Assembly (NCBI GenBank): GCA_951406725.2
Contig: OX597826.1
Location: 61,318,001 to 61,382,000 of the forward strand
Direction of reading: 5' to 3'
DNA length: 64,000 bases
DNA from: Octopus vulgaris
Taxonomy: Eukaryota
Shown piece after piece: positions 41,475 through 56,618 of this stretch. A model generated the notes under the pieces. The model searched no databases, was not told where the DNA came from, and saw only the letters and a program-made list of their open reading frames with translations. The position numbers and the translations under genes were made by a program. The stretch's first letter is position 1, and each line of letters starts with the position of its first letter.

Positions 41475-42965
41475 ATGGCCCTCTGTGGACCTCGGAAGCC
41501 CAAGCTATTGCAGTATCTTGTCCTACATCTTGATGGCAAATTTGGAGTCCTTGACACTATGCAGTGGCGCCCAGTTCTAGTATTTGTGCAACTCTCGATG
41601 CCAAGGTTTGGGACAAGTCCTTCCGGGATGTTCCAGATGTATATTATGGCATATCTTTCTCGCCTACGCTCTAAAGAATAGAGTCTTAATCTCTTGAGTT
41701 TTTCCCAATAGCTTATATGCTGCACAGAGGCTATCTTCTTCGTGTAGCTTCGTTGGATCGCCTCAAGTTCTGCGATTAACTTGACACTGGATGGTGACCA
41801 TAGCTGAGAGCAATAGTCAAAGTGGCTTAAGACAAGTGTCCTCCAGAGGACCATCATGACTTCCTGGTCTCTTGTTCTAAAAGTTCTATGACTCCAACCG
41901 GTCAGCCGCCTACATTTCATTGCCAATTTAGCAACATGCACATGAAAGGTTGCATCATTACCCAAGTAAATGCCCAGGTCTCACACTGATTGTACCTCTG
42001 GGATTGCAATCCCTCCAGGTCCAGTGTATTTATTGGGTATTGCATTTAGTTTTGCATGCTGATAGCACAAAGCTCGAAACTTTTCAGCATTGAACTGCAT
42101 GCCATTCTTTTCAGCCCACTTGTATATTTCATCCAGCTCATATTGCAGGTGCATAGTGTCTTCAAGGTTCTGTATTACCCGTGAAACTTTTGTATCATCT
42201 GCATATATTGTGGTCATGGCTCTCTGTGTGGCTGAGGGCATGTCTGAGAGGGCCATTATGAACAGTAGTGGTCCCAAAACAGTGCCTTGCGGAACACCGC
42301 ACACTATTTGTGTGTCATTGGAGGTGGCGCCATTGGGTACTACCACCTGACTTGTATCCTTCAGAAAGTCATGAAGCCACTCTCCCAATTTTCCAACTAT
42401 GCCAAGATCATGCAGTTTGTGACATATCATTCCATGATCAACTTTATCAAAAGCCTTTGCAAAGTCGAGATATATCACTTGCACATTTGAGTGGTTGAGC
42501 AGCTGTTTCAGCACCCAGCCATTGTGTTGTAAGAGCTAAGTTAGGCAGCTTCTTCCTGGTCGGAAACCATGTTGGGGGTCAGGTAGCAAGTCATTTTCTT
42601 CAAAGAAGGCGATTAGTTTGCTTCTGACTATTCGTTCCATGACCTTGCTGATGTGTGAGGTCAGAGAGATAGGTCTGTAGTTCTTGGCCTCCGCTCTGCT
42701 ACCTCCTTTATGAATAGGGCATATTTAACCCTCCTTCAATGGTCTTCCTAGGACTCGCTTACATACTTTTAGAAGATTTGCAGGGAATCCATCAGAGCCA
42801 GGAGCTGAGTTTGGGTTATTTTCATCTATAGCCCTCATTACATAGTCATCCTTTATATTAATGTAATCGATCATCATTGCCTCTGTTTTTATATCTGGAG
42901 TGATAAAAAAGTCAGTTGGATTGCTGACTTGAAAGTGCTCCAGGGGTAGAGTGAAAATACTATTG
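41475..42965 (-). mobile_element. CR1/L2-group LINE fragment, family A (RT region, frameshifted)
   Basis: [62 protein letters not shown] motifs. Confidence 0.9.
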
Positions 42966-43007
42966 AAATACATACATATATATATATACACACATGTATA
43001 TATACAC

Positions 43008-43039
<32 letters not shown>

Positions 43040-43048
43040 ATATACATA

Positions 43049-43080
<32 letters not shown>

Positions 43081-43181
43081 CACATGTATATATATATATA
43101 TATATATACACACATGTATATATACATATATATGTATATATACATAAATATATATATACATATATATGTATATATACATAA

Positions 43182-43249
<68 letters not shown>

Positions 43250-43279
43250 GTATATATACATGTGTGTATATATATACAC

Positions 43280-43469
43280 ATGTGACTTCGTGTGTACCGT
43301 TGGTGATTTTTTTCCTCTGTCTTACCTTCTCTGGATCCTTCCTTCTCTTATGTTTCCAACGAAGAGCTCATCTCGAAACGTTAAACACACCTTCTTTCCT
43401 TAGCATCCAATAATACTATATTTGTTCCACGTCCTCGCGTTGTATTTTTTTGTGCTTTCTTGTTTGGAT

Positions 43470-43470
<1 letters not shown>
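43280..43470 (+). mobile_element. Copy of minimal-hammerhead TA-flanked element family
   Basis: tgttt-CCAACGA-agagctcatctc-GAAACGTT-aaaca; core mutated; embedded in TA-derived repeats. Confidence 0.6.
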
Positions 43471-43503
<33 letters not shown>

Positions 43504-43658
43504 TACATATATATACATATATATGCATATATATATATACACATATATACATATACACATATACATATATATACATATATATGCATATATATATATATAC
43601 ACATATATACATATACACATATATACATATATATATATACACATATATACATATACAC

Positions 43659-43698
<40 letters not shown>

Positions 43699-43812
43699 GC
43701 ATATATACATATATATATATACACATACATATATATATATACACATACATATATATATACATGCATATATACATATATACATGCATATATACATATATAC
43801 ATGCATATATAC

Positions 43813-43859
<47 letters not shown>

Positions 43860-44674
43860 CATGCATATATACATGCATATATACATATATACATGCATAT
43901 ATACATATATACATGCATATATACATATATACATGCATATATACATATATACATGCATATATACATATATATATATACATATATATATATATACATGCAT
44001 ATATACATGCATATATACATACATATATATATACATGCATATATACATGCATATATACATGCATATATACATATATATACATATATATATATACATATAT
44101 ATACATATATATATACATATATATACATATATATATATACATATATACATATATATATATATACACATATATATATACACATATATACACATATATACAT
44201 ATATATATATACACATATATACATATATATACATATATACACATATATACATATATATACATATATACATATACACATATATACATATATATACATATAT
44301 ATATATATACATGCATATATACATATATATATATATATACACATACATATATATATATACACATACATATATATATATATACATACATATATACATATAT
44401 ACATGCATATATACATATATACATGCATATATACATATATACATGCATATATACATATATACATGCATATATACATGCATATATACATATATACATGCAT
44501 ATATACATATATACATGCATATATACATGCATATATACATATATACATGCATATATACATATATACATGCATATATATATATATATATATATACATATAT
44601 ACATGCATATATACATATATACATGCATATATACATATATACATGCATATATACATATATACATGCATATATAC

Positions 44675-44705
<31 letters not shown>

Positions 44706-45525
44706 CATGCATATATATATACATGTATATATACATACATATATATATATACATATATATATACATGCATATATACATGCATATATACATATATACATGC
44801 ATATATATATACATATATACATACATAGTTATCTATATATATATACATACGTATTTATCTATATATATATACATACGTATATATCTATATATATATACAT
44901 ACGTATATATCTATATATATATACATACGTATATATCTATATATATATATATATATATATATATCTATATATATATATATACATATATATATATCTATCT
45001 ATATATATATATATATATCATCATCATCATCGTTTAACATCCGCTTTCCATGCTAGCATGGGTTGGACGGTTCAACTGGGGTCTGGGAGCCCGAAGGCTG
45101 CACCAGGCCAGTCTGATCTGGCAGTGTTTCTACAGCTGGATGCCCTTCCTAACGCCAACCACTCCGAGAGTGTAGTGGGTGATTTTATGTGCCACCGACA
45201 CAGGTGCCAGACGAGGCTGGCGAACGGCCACACTCGGATGGTGTTTCTATGTGCCACCGACACAGGTGCCAGACGAGGCTGGCAAACGGCCACGCTCGGA
45301 TGGTGTTTTTATGTGCCACCGACACAGGTGCCAGACGAGGCTAGCAGACGGCCACGCTCGGACGGTGTTTGTTACGTGCCCACAGCACGGAGGCCAGTCA
45401 ATGCGGTACTGGCTACTGTCCCGTTCGGATGGTTTTCTTATGTGCCACCGGCACTGGTACCACAAGGATACAAATTCCATTGATGTTCATCTATATATAC
45501 ATATATATATATATCTATATATATA

Positions 45526-45750
<225 letters not shown>

Positions 45751-45840
45751 ATATATATACCTATACATAAATATATACATATATATACCTATACATAAAT
45801 ATATACATATATATACCTATACATAAATATATACATATAA

Positions 45841-45950
45841 TGTTCGTCCTTCGGCTTCAAAGATGACCACTGACATCATCTGGTAGAACTGCCGCTATGA
45901 GACCGGAGGTGGCTGGTGAGGCCAATCCGGGCAAGGAAGCCCCTCCCACA
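45841..45950 (-). mobile_element. Extreme 3' fragment of a second RTE family
   Basis: Minus strand translates [18 protein letters not shown]...stop (RTE-type C-terminal C2H2 finger), followed by a short 3' UTR. Confidence 0.7.
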
Positions 45951-46015
45951 TATACCTATACATATATATATATATCTATACATATATACATATATATATA
46001 TCTATACGTATATAA

Positions 46016-46057
<42 letters not shown>

Positions 46058-46064
46058 ATACATA

Positions 46065-46095
<31 letters not shown>

Positions 46096-46112
46096 GTATA
46101 TATATATACATA

Positions 46113-46812
46113 TAAGCAGCAAAGTTAACATGGCCCGCAGAATGTGTTCCTGGATTTTCAGAACCTTCCAGTCGAGAGATTCCCACACCATTATCCTTCT
46201 CTTCTCCACTTTTGCCCGACCCCACCTTGAATACTGCTGTCCACTGTGGTCTCCCTACACAAAACAAAATATTATGAGAATTGAAGCTCCCCAAAGTCAA
46301 TCACAGAAAAGATAGATGGCATGTCAGACCTTGACTACTGGGGTAGACTAGAGAAACTGAAACTGTATTCACTCCAACGATGCCATGAACGCTACATTAT
46401 CTGTATGATGTGGAAAATATTCCATCAGCACTGTCCGAATGATGTTGGCATCACCTTCAAAATACATCCAAGGCTTGGACCACGTGCCATCCATCCACAA
46501 CAAATCTCTAAATCGCATCACATAACAACAATACGGCACAATTATTTCACCTCAATTGGACCCGCTCTCTTCAACATTACACCAAGACACGTCAAAACAG
46601 AAACTGACCACACAAAATTCAAGAAGATTTTGGACAAATTCCTTCAAACAGTCCCGGATAAACCACCCACACCTGGATATGTCTCTGCAAACAATAACTC
46701 TTTGCTGGAATGGGCCTCGGTGCCCAAATGCAGAATTGAAAGACTTCGCCAGGTGGTGCTATTAAGTTAGACATGGCCAGGGCCAATACTGGCCAAAACC
46801 TTTCTAAGTTAT
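46113..46812 (+). mobile_element. CR1/L2-group LINE 3' fragment, family B
   Basis: [38 protein letters not shown]...NSLLEW. Confidence 0.88.
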
Positions 46813-46874
46813 ATTTGCACATATATATACATATATACATATATGTACATATATGGTCACCACACAATATAAAA

Positions 46875-47405
46875 CAGAGAAGCTACACAAAGAAGATCGT
46901 CTCAATGCAAAACATCAGCTACTGGGAAAGACTGAAAGTATTAAACCTCTTCTCCCTAGAGCGGAGGCAGGAGAGATATGCGGTGATATACATCTGGAAA
47001 ACCCTGGAGGGTCTTGCCCCAAACTTTGGCATTCAAAGTTACCCTAACCGCAGAATGGGGCGCCACTGCATGGTGCCAAAGATTCCAACATCACCATCAA
47101 AATACAGGACCAGATACTGCAACAGCTTGGGTTTCAGAGGACCACAGCTCTTTAACATCCTCCCTAAATGCCTGAGACACTTACATGGTGTGAATGTGGG
47201 TTTCTTTAAAACTAAACTGGATCTCTTCTTGTCGGGAGTCCCAGATGAACCTACCTCACAACAGGAGACGCAGATGCGGGCAGCAGCATCGAACTCCCTT
47301 GTTGATCAAGTGCCACGTATCAGAGGTGGATTCACATATTAGTGTAGCTCATTCAGCCGTGGTGCCCCAGCATGGCCGCGGCCTTCAGGCTAAAACATTT
47401 TTTAG
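46875..47405 (+). mobile_element. CR1/L2-group LINE 3' fragment, family A (diverged subfamily)
   Basis: SYWERLKVLNLFSLERRQERY...GPQLFNILP...VPDEP; tail ggtgccccagcatggccgcgg. Confidence 0.88.
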
Positions 47406-47673
47406 GATTTAAGGATATATACAGATATGTACATATGTATATATATGTGTGTGTATATATATATATATATATATGTGTATACATGTATATACATATATGT
47501 GTGTAAATATGTATATATATATATGTGTATGTATATGTGGATATATATATGTATATACATATATATGTGTATGTATATGTATATATATGGATATATAGAT
47601 GTATATGTGTATATATATATATATAGATATAAAGATGTATATGTATATATATATATATATAGATATAAAGATG

Positions 47674-47712
<39 letters not shown>

Positions 47713-47719
47713 ATATAAA

Positions 47720-47759
<40 letters not shown>

Positions 47760-48209
47760 GTGTGTGTATGTATATATATATGTGTGAATATATATGTATA
47801 TATCTGTGTGAATATATATGTATATATCTGTGTGAATATATATATGTATATATCTGTGTGAATATATATATGTATATATATGTGTGAATATATAAATATA
47901 CATGTATATTTAGATGTATATATGTATGTATATATATATGTGTATGTATATATATATATGTGTATATATATATGTACATATATACAGATATATACATATA
48001 TACAGATATATACATATATACAGATATATACATATATACAAATATGTACATATATACAAATATGTACATATATACAGAAATGTACATATATACAGACATG
48101 TACATATATACAGATATGTAAATATATAATACATGTATATACATATATATATATATACATAGATATATATACATAGATACATATACATATATATATATAT
48201 ATATATATA

Positions 48210-49055
48210 TTTATTTATTTTCATCTAGTTTCATCTCATGAGCTGTGGCCATGCTGGGGCACCGCCATTTGGTGTTGCTACATGATTTTACTTCACGAGT
48301 GTTTTTCAGCAATTGCCATTTGGTGCATGAAAGAGTTCGATACAGTTGCCCTCATCTGCACCTCCTGCCGTGAAGTTGGTTCATCTGGGACACCTGACAG
48401 GAAGAGATCCAGTTTTATTTTAAAGACATCTGCATCCACCCCATGCAAGTCTCTCAGATCCTTCGGGAGGATATTGAAGAGCTGTGGACCTCTGAAGCCC
48501 AGGCTATCACAGTATATTGTCCTACATCTTGATGGCAAATTTGGAATCCTTGGTACTATGCAGTGGCACCCAGTTCTTGTATTTGTGTAACTCTCGATGT
48601 CGAAGTTTGGGACAAGTCCTTCTAGGACCTTCCAGATGTATATTATGGCATATCTTTCTCGCCTACGCTCTAAAGAATAGAGTCTTAATCTCTTGAGTCT
48701 TTCCCAGTAGCTTATATGCTGCACAGAGGCTATCTTCTTCGTGTAGCTTCGTTGGATCTCCTCAAGTTCTGTGATTAACTTGACACTGGATGGTGACTAT
48801 AGCTGAGAGCAATAGTCAAAGTGGCTTAGGACAAGTGTCCTTCAGAGGACCACCATGGTTTCCTTGTCTCTTGTTCTAAAGGTTCTAAGAATCCATCCGG
48901 TCAGACGCCTACATTTCATTGCCAATTTAGCAACATGCACATGAAAGGTTGCATCATTTCTCATGTAAATACCCAGGTCTCCCACTGATTGTGTCTCTGG
49001 GATCGCAATCCCTCCAGGTCCAGTGTATTTATTGGGTATTGCATTTAGGTTTGTT
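48210..49055 (-). mobile_element. CR1/L2-group LINE 3' fragment, family A
   Basis: Highly similar to 41480-42050; SLERRRER...GPQLFNILP...VPDEP; 3' tail gcggtgccccagcatggccacagc. Confidence 0.9.
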
Positions 49056-49463
49056 TGCTGATATGTATGTATATACATATATATACATATACAAAGATAT
49101 ATATATATACATACATATATATACACTCACGGAGTGGTTGGCGTTAGGAAGGGCATCCAGCTGTAGAAACATTGCCAGATTAGACTGGAGGCTGGTGCAG
49201 CCTTCTGGCTTCCCAGAACCCCGGTCGAACCGTCCAACCCATGCTAGCATGGAGAACGGACGTTAAACGATGATGATGATGATATATACATATATATACA
49301 CATATATATATACATATACAAAGATATATATATACATACATATATATACATATATATACACATATATATATATACATATATATACACATATATATATACA
49401 CATATATATACACATATATACACATATATATATACACATATATATATACATATATATATATAC

Positions 49464-49591
49464 ATTTATTTTATAGAAGGAGCTTCTACAGGACTAGAAC
49501 TGTTTCATTCAAAAGAAATCATCAGGAAGCCGATGATTTCTTTTGAATGAAACAGTTCTAGTCCTGTAGAAGCTCCTTCTATAAAATAAAT
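49464..49591. repeat. Perfect fold-back (60 bp arms, 8 nt loop) of a TA-flanked element extending to ~49656
   Basis: atttattttatagaagg...aaatcatc / gatgattt...ccttctataaaataaat. Confidence 0.95.
49481..49531 (-). ncRNA. Type I hammerhead ribozyme fold, sense to the MYCBP2 pre-mRNA
   Basis: Minus strand ggcttc-CTGATGA-t ttc tttt gaa t-GAAA-cag ttctagtc ctg-TA-gaagct. Canonical core, three stems (weak stem II), predicted cut between 49487 and 49486. Confidence 0.78.
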
Positions 49592-49836
49592 TAATTTACT
49601 CTATGTATTGAGTACCTTATTTACAGTGGTTAACCCCGACTCAACCCGGGACCTACACATATATATATATACATATATATACACATATATATATACATAT
49701 ATATACATATATATATACATATATATACATATACATATATATACATATATATACATATATATATATATACATATATACATATATATATATACATATATAT
49801 ATATACCTATATACATACATATATACATATATATAT

Positions 49837-49871
<35 letters not shown>

Positions 49872-49878
49872 CATATAT

Positions 49879-50627
<749 letters not shown>

Positions 50628-50663
50628 CATATATATATATACATACATATATATATATACATA

Positions 50664-50803
<140 letters not shown>

Positions 50804-50847
50804 CATATATATATATACATATATATATATACATATATACATACATA

Positions 50848-50908
<61 letters not shown>

Positions 50909-53428
50909 GTTTAACGTCCGCTTTCCATGCTAGCATGGGTTGGACAGTTCAACTGGGGTCTGGGAAGCCCGAAGGCTGCACCAGGCCAGTCAGATGTGGC
51001 AGTGTTTCTACAGCTGGATGCCCTTCCTAACGCCAACCACTCCGAGAGTGTAGTGGGTGATTTTATGTGCCACCGACACAGGTGCCAGACGAGGCTGGCA
51101 GACGGCCACGCTCGGATGGTGTTTTTTATGTGCCACCGACACAGGTGCCAGACGAGGCTGGCAGACGGCCACGCTCGGATGGTGTTTTCTTATGTGTCAC
51201 CGACACAGGTGCCAGACGAGGCTGGCGGACGGCCACGCTCGGATGGTGTTTGTTACGTGCCCTCAGCACGGAGGCCAGTCATTGCGGTACTGGCTACGGT
51301 CACGTTCGGATGGTTTTCTTATGTGCCACCGGCACTGGTACCACAAGGATACAAATTCCATTGATGTTCATCTATTTTGATTTGGTTCGATTTGATTCGA
51401 TACGATTCGATTCTCACTTGCCTCAACAGGTCTTCACAAGTGTCACAAGAAGGAAGGTATGCACAGGTGGACTGACTACGTCCCAGGTAGGGGCCACGGA
51501 TTATGGCTTCACTAGTCTTGCCGGGTCTTCTCACGCACAGCATACTTCCATAGGTCTCGGTCTCTAGTCATTTCCATGGTGAGACCTAACGTCCGAAGGT
51601 CGTGCTTCACCACCTCGTCCCAGGTTTTCCTGGGTCTACCTCTTCCACGGGTTCCCTCAACTGCTAGGGATTGGCACTTTCTCACACACCTATCTTCATC
51701 CATTCTCGCCACATGACCATACCAGCGCAATCGTCTCTCTTGCACACAACAACTGATGCTTCTTAGGTACAACATTTCTCTCAAGGTACTAACGCTCTGT
51801 CGAGTAAGTACACTGACATTATACATCCATCGGAGCATACTGGCTTCGTTCCTCACGAGCTTACGCATGTCCTCAGCAGTCACGGCCCATGTTTCACTGC
51901 CATGTAGCATAGCTGTTCGTACACATGCATCATACAGTCTGCCTTTTACTCTGAGCGAGAGGCCTTTAGTCACCAGCAGAGGTAAGAGCTCCCTAAACTT
52001 TGCCCAGGCTATTCTTATTCTAGCAGTTACACTTTCAGCGCACCCACCCCCACTACTGACTTGGTCACCTAGATAGCGGAAGCTATCAACTACTTCTAGT
52101 TTTTCCCCCGGAAAGTGACAGAAGTTGTTTTCTGCAGATTTTCGGAGGTCAATGCTCCAGAGCACCTGCCACATACAAAAACTATCTTCCCAGTTAGCCT
52201 ACCTTTGACATTGCTGCACCTCTTATGTGTCCATAGCTTACACTGGGTACATCTTATAGAGTTTCTACCTACACCTTTTCTACAGATCGAGCAGGGCCAT
52301 CTTCCTGAGGATATTTGTGGGTTTTCTACCTTTCTACTTATTAGTACTTTGGTTTTAGCTAGGTTGACTCTAAGGCCCCTCGATTCTAAACCCTCCTTCC
52401 ACACCTGGAACTTCTCCTCCAGTTCTGATAGTGACTCAGCGATTAGAGCGAGGTCGTCAGCATAGAGGAGCTCCCAGGGGCAACCTGTCTTGAATTCCTC
52501 CGTTATTGCCTGGAGGACTATGATAAATAGGAGGGGGCTGAGTACTGAACCCTGGTGGACCCCAACCTCTACTTTGAATTCTTCTGTGTACATGTTGCCA
52601 ACTCTAACCTTACTTACGGCATCTCTGTACATGGCTTGCACAGCCCTCACCAGCCATTCATCTATCCCTAGTTTCCTCATTGACCACCAGATGAGGGATC
52701 GGGGGACCCTATCAAAGGCTTTCTCCATGTCAACGAAAGCCAGGTACAGGGGCTTATCCTTGGCTAGGTATTTCTCCTGCAGCTGCCTTACCAGGAATAT
52801 AGCATCAGTGGTGCTTTTCCCTGGGACAAACCCAAACTGCATCTCATCTAAACTAACTCTCTCTCTAATTAGTTGGGCTATGACCCTCTCCGTAACCTTC
52901 ATTACCTGATCCAACAGCTTGATACCTCTGTAATTATTTGTATCCAGGGCATCACCTTTACCTTTGTAGCAGTTGACTAGTATGCTGCTACACCAGTCAT
53001 TGGGTATGACTCCTTCGTGTATCACCTGGTTGACTATACGGGTGACTAGGTTATAGCCGACACTGCCAGATATTTTGAGCATCTCTGCAGTAATTCCTGA
53101 TGGGCCTGGGGCTTTCCCTGTCTTCATGCTTCTAATTGCCTTAGCTACCACGGAACTATCAACTCGGATAGCTGGTCCCTCTGTTGGGTCAACATTTGGC
53201 AGACTCTCTTTATCCCATTCATTTTCTTTATTCAGCAAACTTTCATAGTGGCATCTCCAGACCTCTCTCTTTGCATCCTCATTTAGCGCAAGTGAACCAT
53301 CATCCATGCGAACACACTTCTCTCCTACCACATCACGATTCTCTCTCACACACTGTCTTGCAACACGAAATACCTCAAGTCTTTCATCCTCACGGCTCAG
53401 AACATTGGCAAATTTTTTCTTATCCGCT
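50848..53428 (-). mobile_element. RTE-clade LINE, 5'-truncated, young, with ~600 bp 3' UTR and (GAT)n tail
   Basis: ORFs 52096-53349 and 51512-52174 give RT motifs NYRGIKLL, QFGF, FVDMEKAFD, GVHQGSVLSPLLF, LLYADDL and C-terminal RLRWYGHV...RGRGRPRKTW. One frameshift near 52100; tail (CAT)n on plus strand at ~50848-50907. Confidence 0.92.
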
Positions 53429-53510
<82 letters not shown>

Positions 53511-53534
53511 CATATATATATATACATATATATA

Positions 53535-53618
<84 letters not shown>

Positions 53619-53657
53619 CATATATATATACATATATATATATACATATATATATAA

Positions 53658-53706
<49 letters not shown>

Positions 53707-53713
53707 TATATAC

Positions 53714-53784
<71 letters not shown>

Positions 53785-53996
53785 TATATACATATATATA
53801 TACATATATATATACATATATATATACATATATATATACATATATATATACATATATATATATACATATATATATACATATATATATATACATATATATA
53901 TACATATATATATACATATATATATACATATATATATATACATACATATATATATATACATACATATATATATATACATATATATATATACATATA

Positions 53997-54065
<69 letters not shown>

Positions 54066-54069
54066 ATAC

Positions 54070-54100
<31 letters not shown>

Positions 54101-54258
54101 CATACATATACATACATATACATATATACAATATATATATATATATATACATACATATACATACATATACATATATACATACATAAACATATATATATAT
54201 ATACACATACATATACATACATATACATATATACATACATAAACATATATATATATAT

Positions 54259-54302
<44 letters not shown>

Positions 54303-54304
<2 letters not shown>

Positions 54305-55762
54305 CAGGGAAATAGATCCCTCGCACTCAACTATCGCCCAATCTCACTCACCTCCCACATTATTAAAGTGTTTGAAAGAGTGTTAAGATCAAGGATAGCT
54401 GACTTCCTGGAGACCCAGAAACTCCTAAATGCAAATCAGCATGGCTTTCGCTGTGGCAGGGACTGTCTAACACAGCTCTTACACCACATTGAAGATGTAC
54501 TCAAAGACTTGGGAACAGGTTCGAACTCTGATGTCATATATCTTGACTTCAGTAAAGCGTTCGACAGGGTAGACCATAATATCCTACTCTCAAAATTGGC
54601 AAATGTTGGAATCCATGGAAAAGTTCTACACTGAATCAAGTATTTCCTGGCGAATAGAACACATGTTGTAGTTGACGGAGTCCACTCAAGCCCAGCAAAA
54701 GTCACCAGCGGTGTCCCCCAGGGGACTGTCTTGGGTCCACTACTCTTCATAATTTACATAAACAACCTTTCCAGAGTCGTACATTACTGCAAAGTGAAAA
54801 TATTTGCTGATGACACTAAGCTCCAGCAAATCGTGAATGAAGAAGCAGACCGAACTCAACTCCAGTCTGATCTATATGATGTGAGTCAATGGACAGACAT
54901 AAACAAAATGCAACTGAACGAGGGAAAATTTGAGCTGATGCATTTTGGAAGAAATTCCTCACTAAAACAGCCATACTCTCTTCCTTCAGGGGAACCGCTC
55001 ACAGCTTCTAACAATATCAGAGACCTGGGTGTAATTGTTAATGACGATCTCAGTTGGAGTGCACACATCAACAAGAAAGTCGATATAGCTCGTAGGATGA
55101 GTTCCTGGATCTTAAGAACTTTCCGGTCCAGAGAACAAGGTGTCATCATACCACTTTTCTCCTCCTTTGAATGCCCACACCTCGAATACTGCTGCCCACT
55201 GTGGTCTCCCCATACAAGACAAAACATCTCGAGGATTAAATCACCCCAGAGGGCACTCACTAAACGAATTGAAGGCATGATGCTCTCGATTATTGGGATC
55301 ACCTTAAAGCCTTGAAACTCTATTCTCTCCAGCGTCGCCATGAGCGGTACATCATTTGTACGATGTGGAGAATATACCGCCAACTTTGCCCAAACGACCT
55401 GAACATTAGCTTCAAGGTTCATCCAAGACTGGGACCACGGGCCATACGTCCCCTGCCCAATTCCAGATCACAGCATACATGTACACTGCAACATAATTTC
55501 TTTTCCTCAACAGGCCCTGCCCTATTTAACATTGTCCCGAAAGGGATCAAAGAGGAAAAGGATCCCATCAACTTTAAACAGAGTTTGGATAGATTCCTTC
55601 AAGGAATACCAGATAAGCCACCCATAATTGGATACAACTCACCCAACAAAAACTCACTACTTGAATGGACCATAAACAAAACTTGACTTAAACAGGATTC
55701 AAATAATCCTATCAGGTTAGACATGGCCTGGACCAATCTTTGGTCGAAACATATCTAAGTTT
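54303..55762 (+). mobile_element. CR1/L2-group LINE, family B, RT to 3' end, with stop and frameshift
   Basis: [55 protein letters not shown]; 3' end similar to 46770-46810. Confidence 0.9.
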
Positions 55763-56567
55763 ATATATATATATATATATATACATATAGTTATACATAT
55801 ATATAGAGAGAGATATATACATGTATATATATAAAGATATACATATACATGTATATATATAGATATACATATACATATATATACATATATGTATATATAT
55901 ATATATATATACCCATATAGATGTACATATATATATATATATACCCATATAGATGTACATATATATATATATACCCATATAGATGTACATATATATATAT
56001 ATATATATACAGATATACACACATTTATATACATATATATATATACAAATATATATATAGAAATATATATATATATATATATACAAATTATATATAGAAA
56101 TATATATATATATATATACATATATATATGCACATATATACACATATATACACACACATATATATATACATATATACACACACATATATATATACATATA
56201 TACACACACATATATATATACATATATACACACACACATATATATACAGATATATACACATATACACATATGTACTCACACATATATACATATATACACA
56301 CATATATATACATATATTCATATATACACATATATATACATATATTCATATATACACATATATATACATATATACACATATATACATATATATATACATA
56401 TATACATATATATACATATACATATCCTTACATACATACACATACATACATAGATACACATATACACATACATACATATACACGTATATATATATACACA
56501 TATACATACCTATACACATATACATACATATACACATATACATACATATACACATATACATACATAT

Positions 56568-56618
<51 letters not shown>

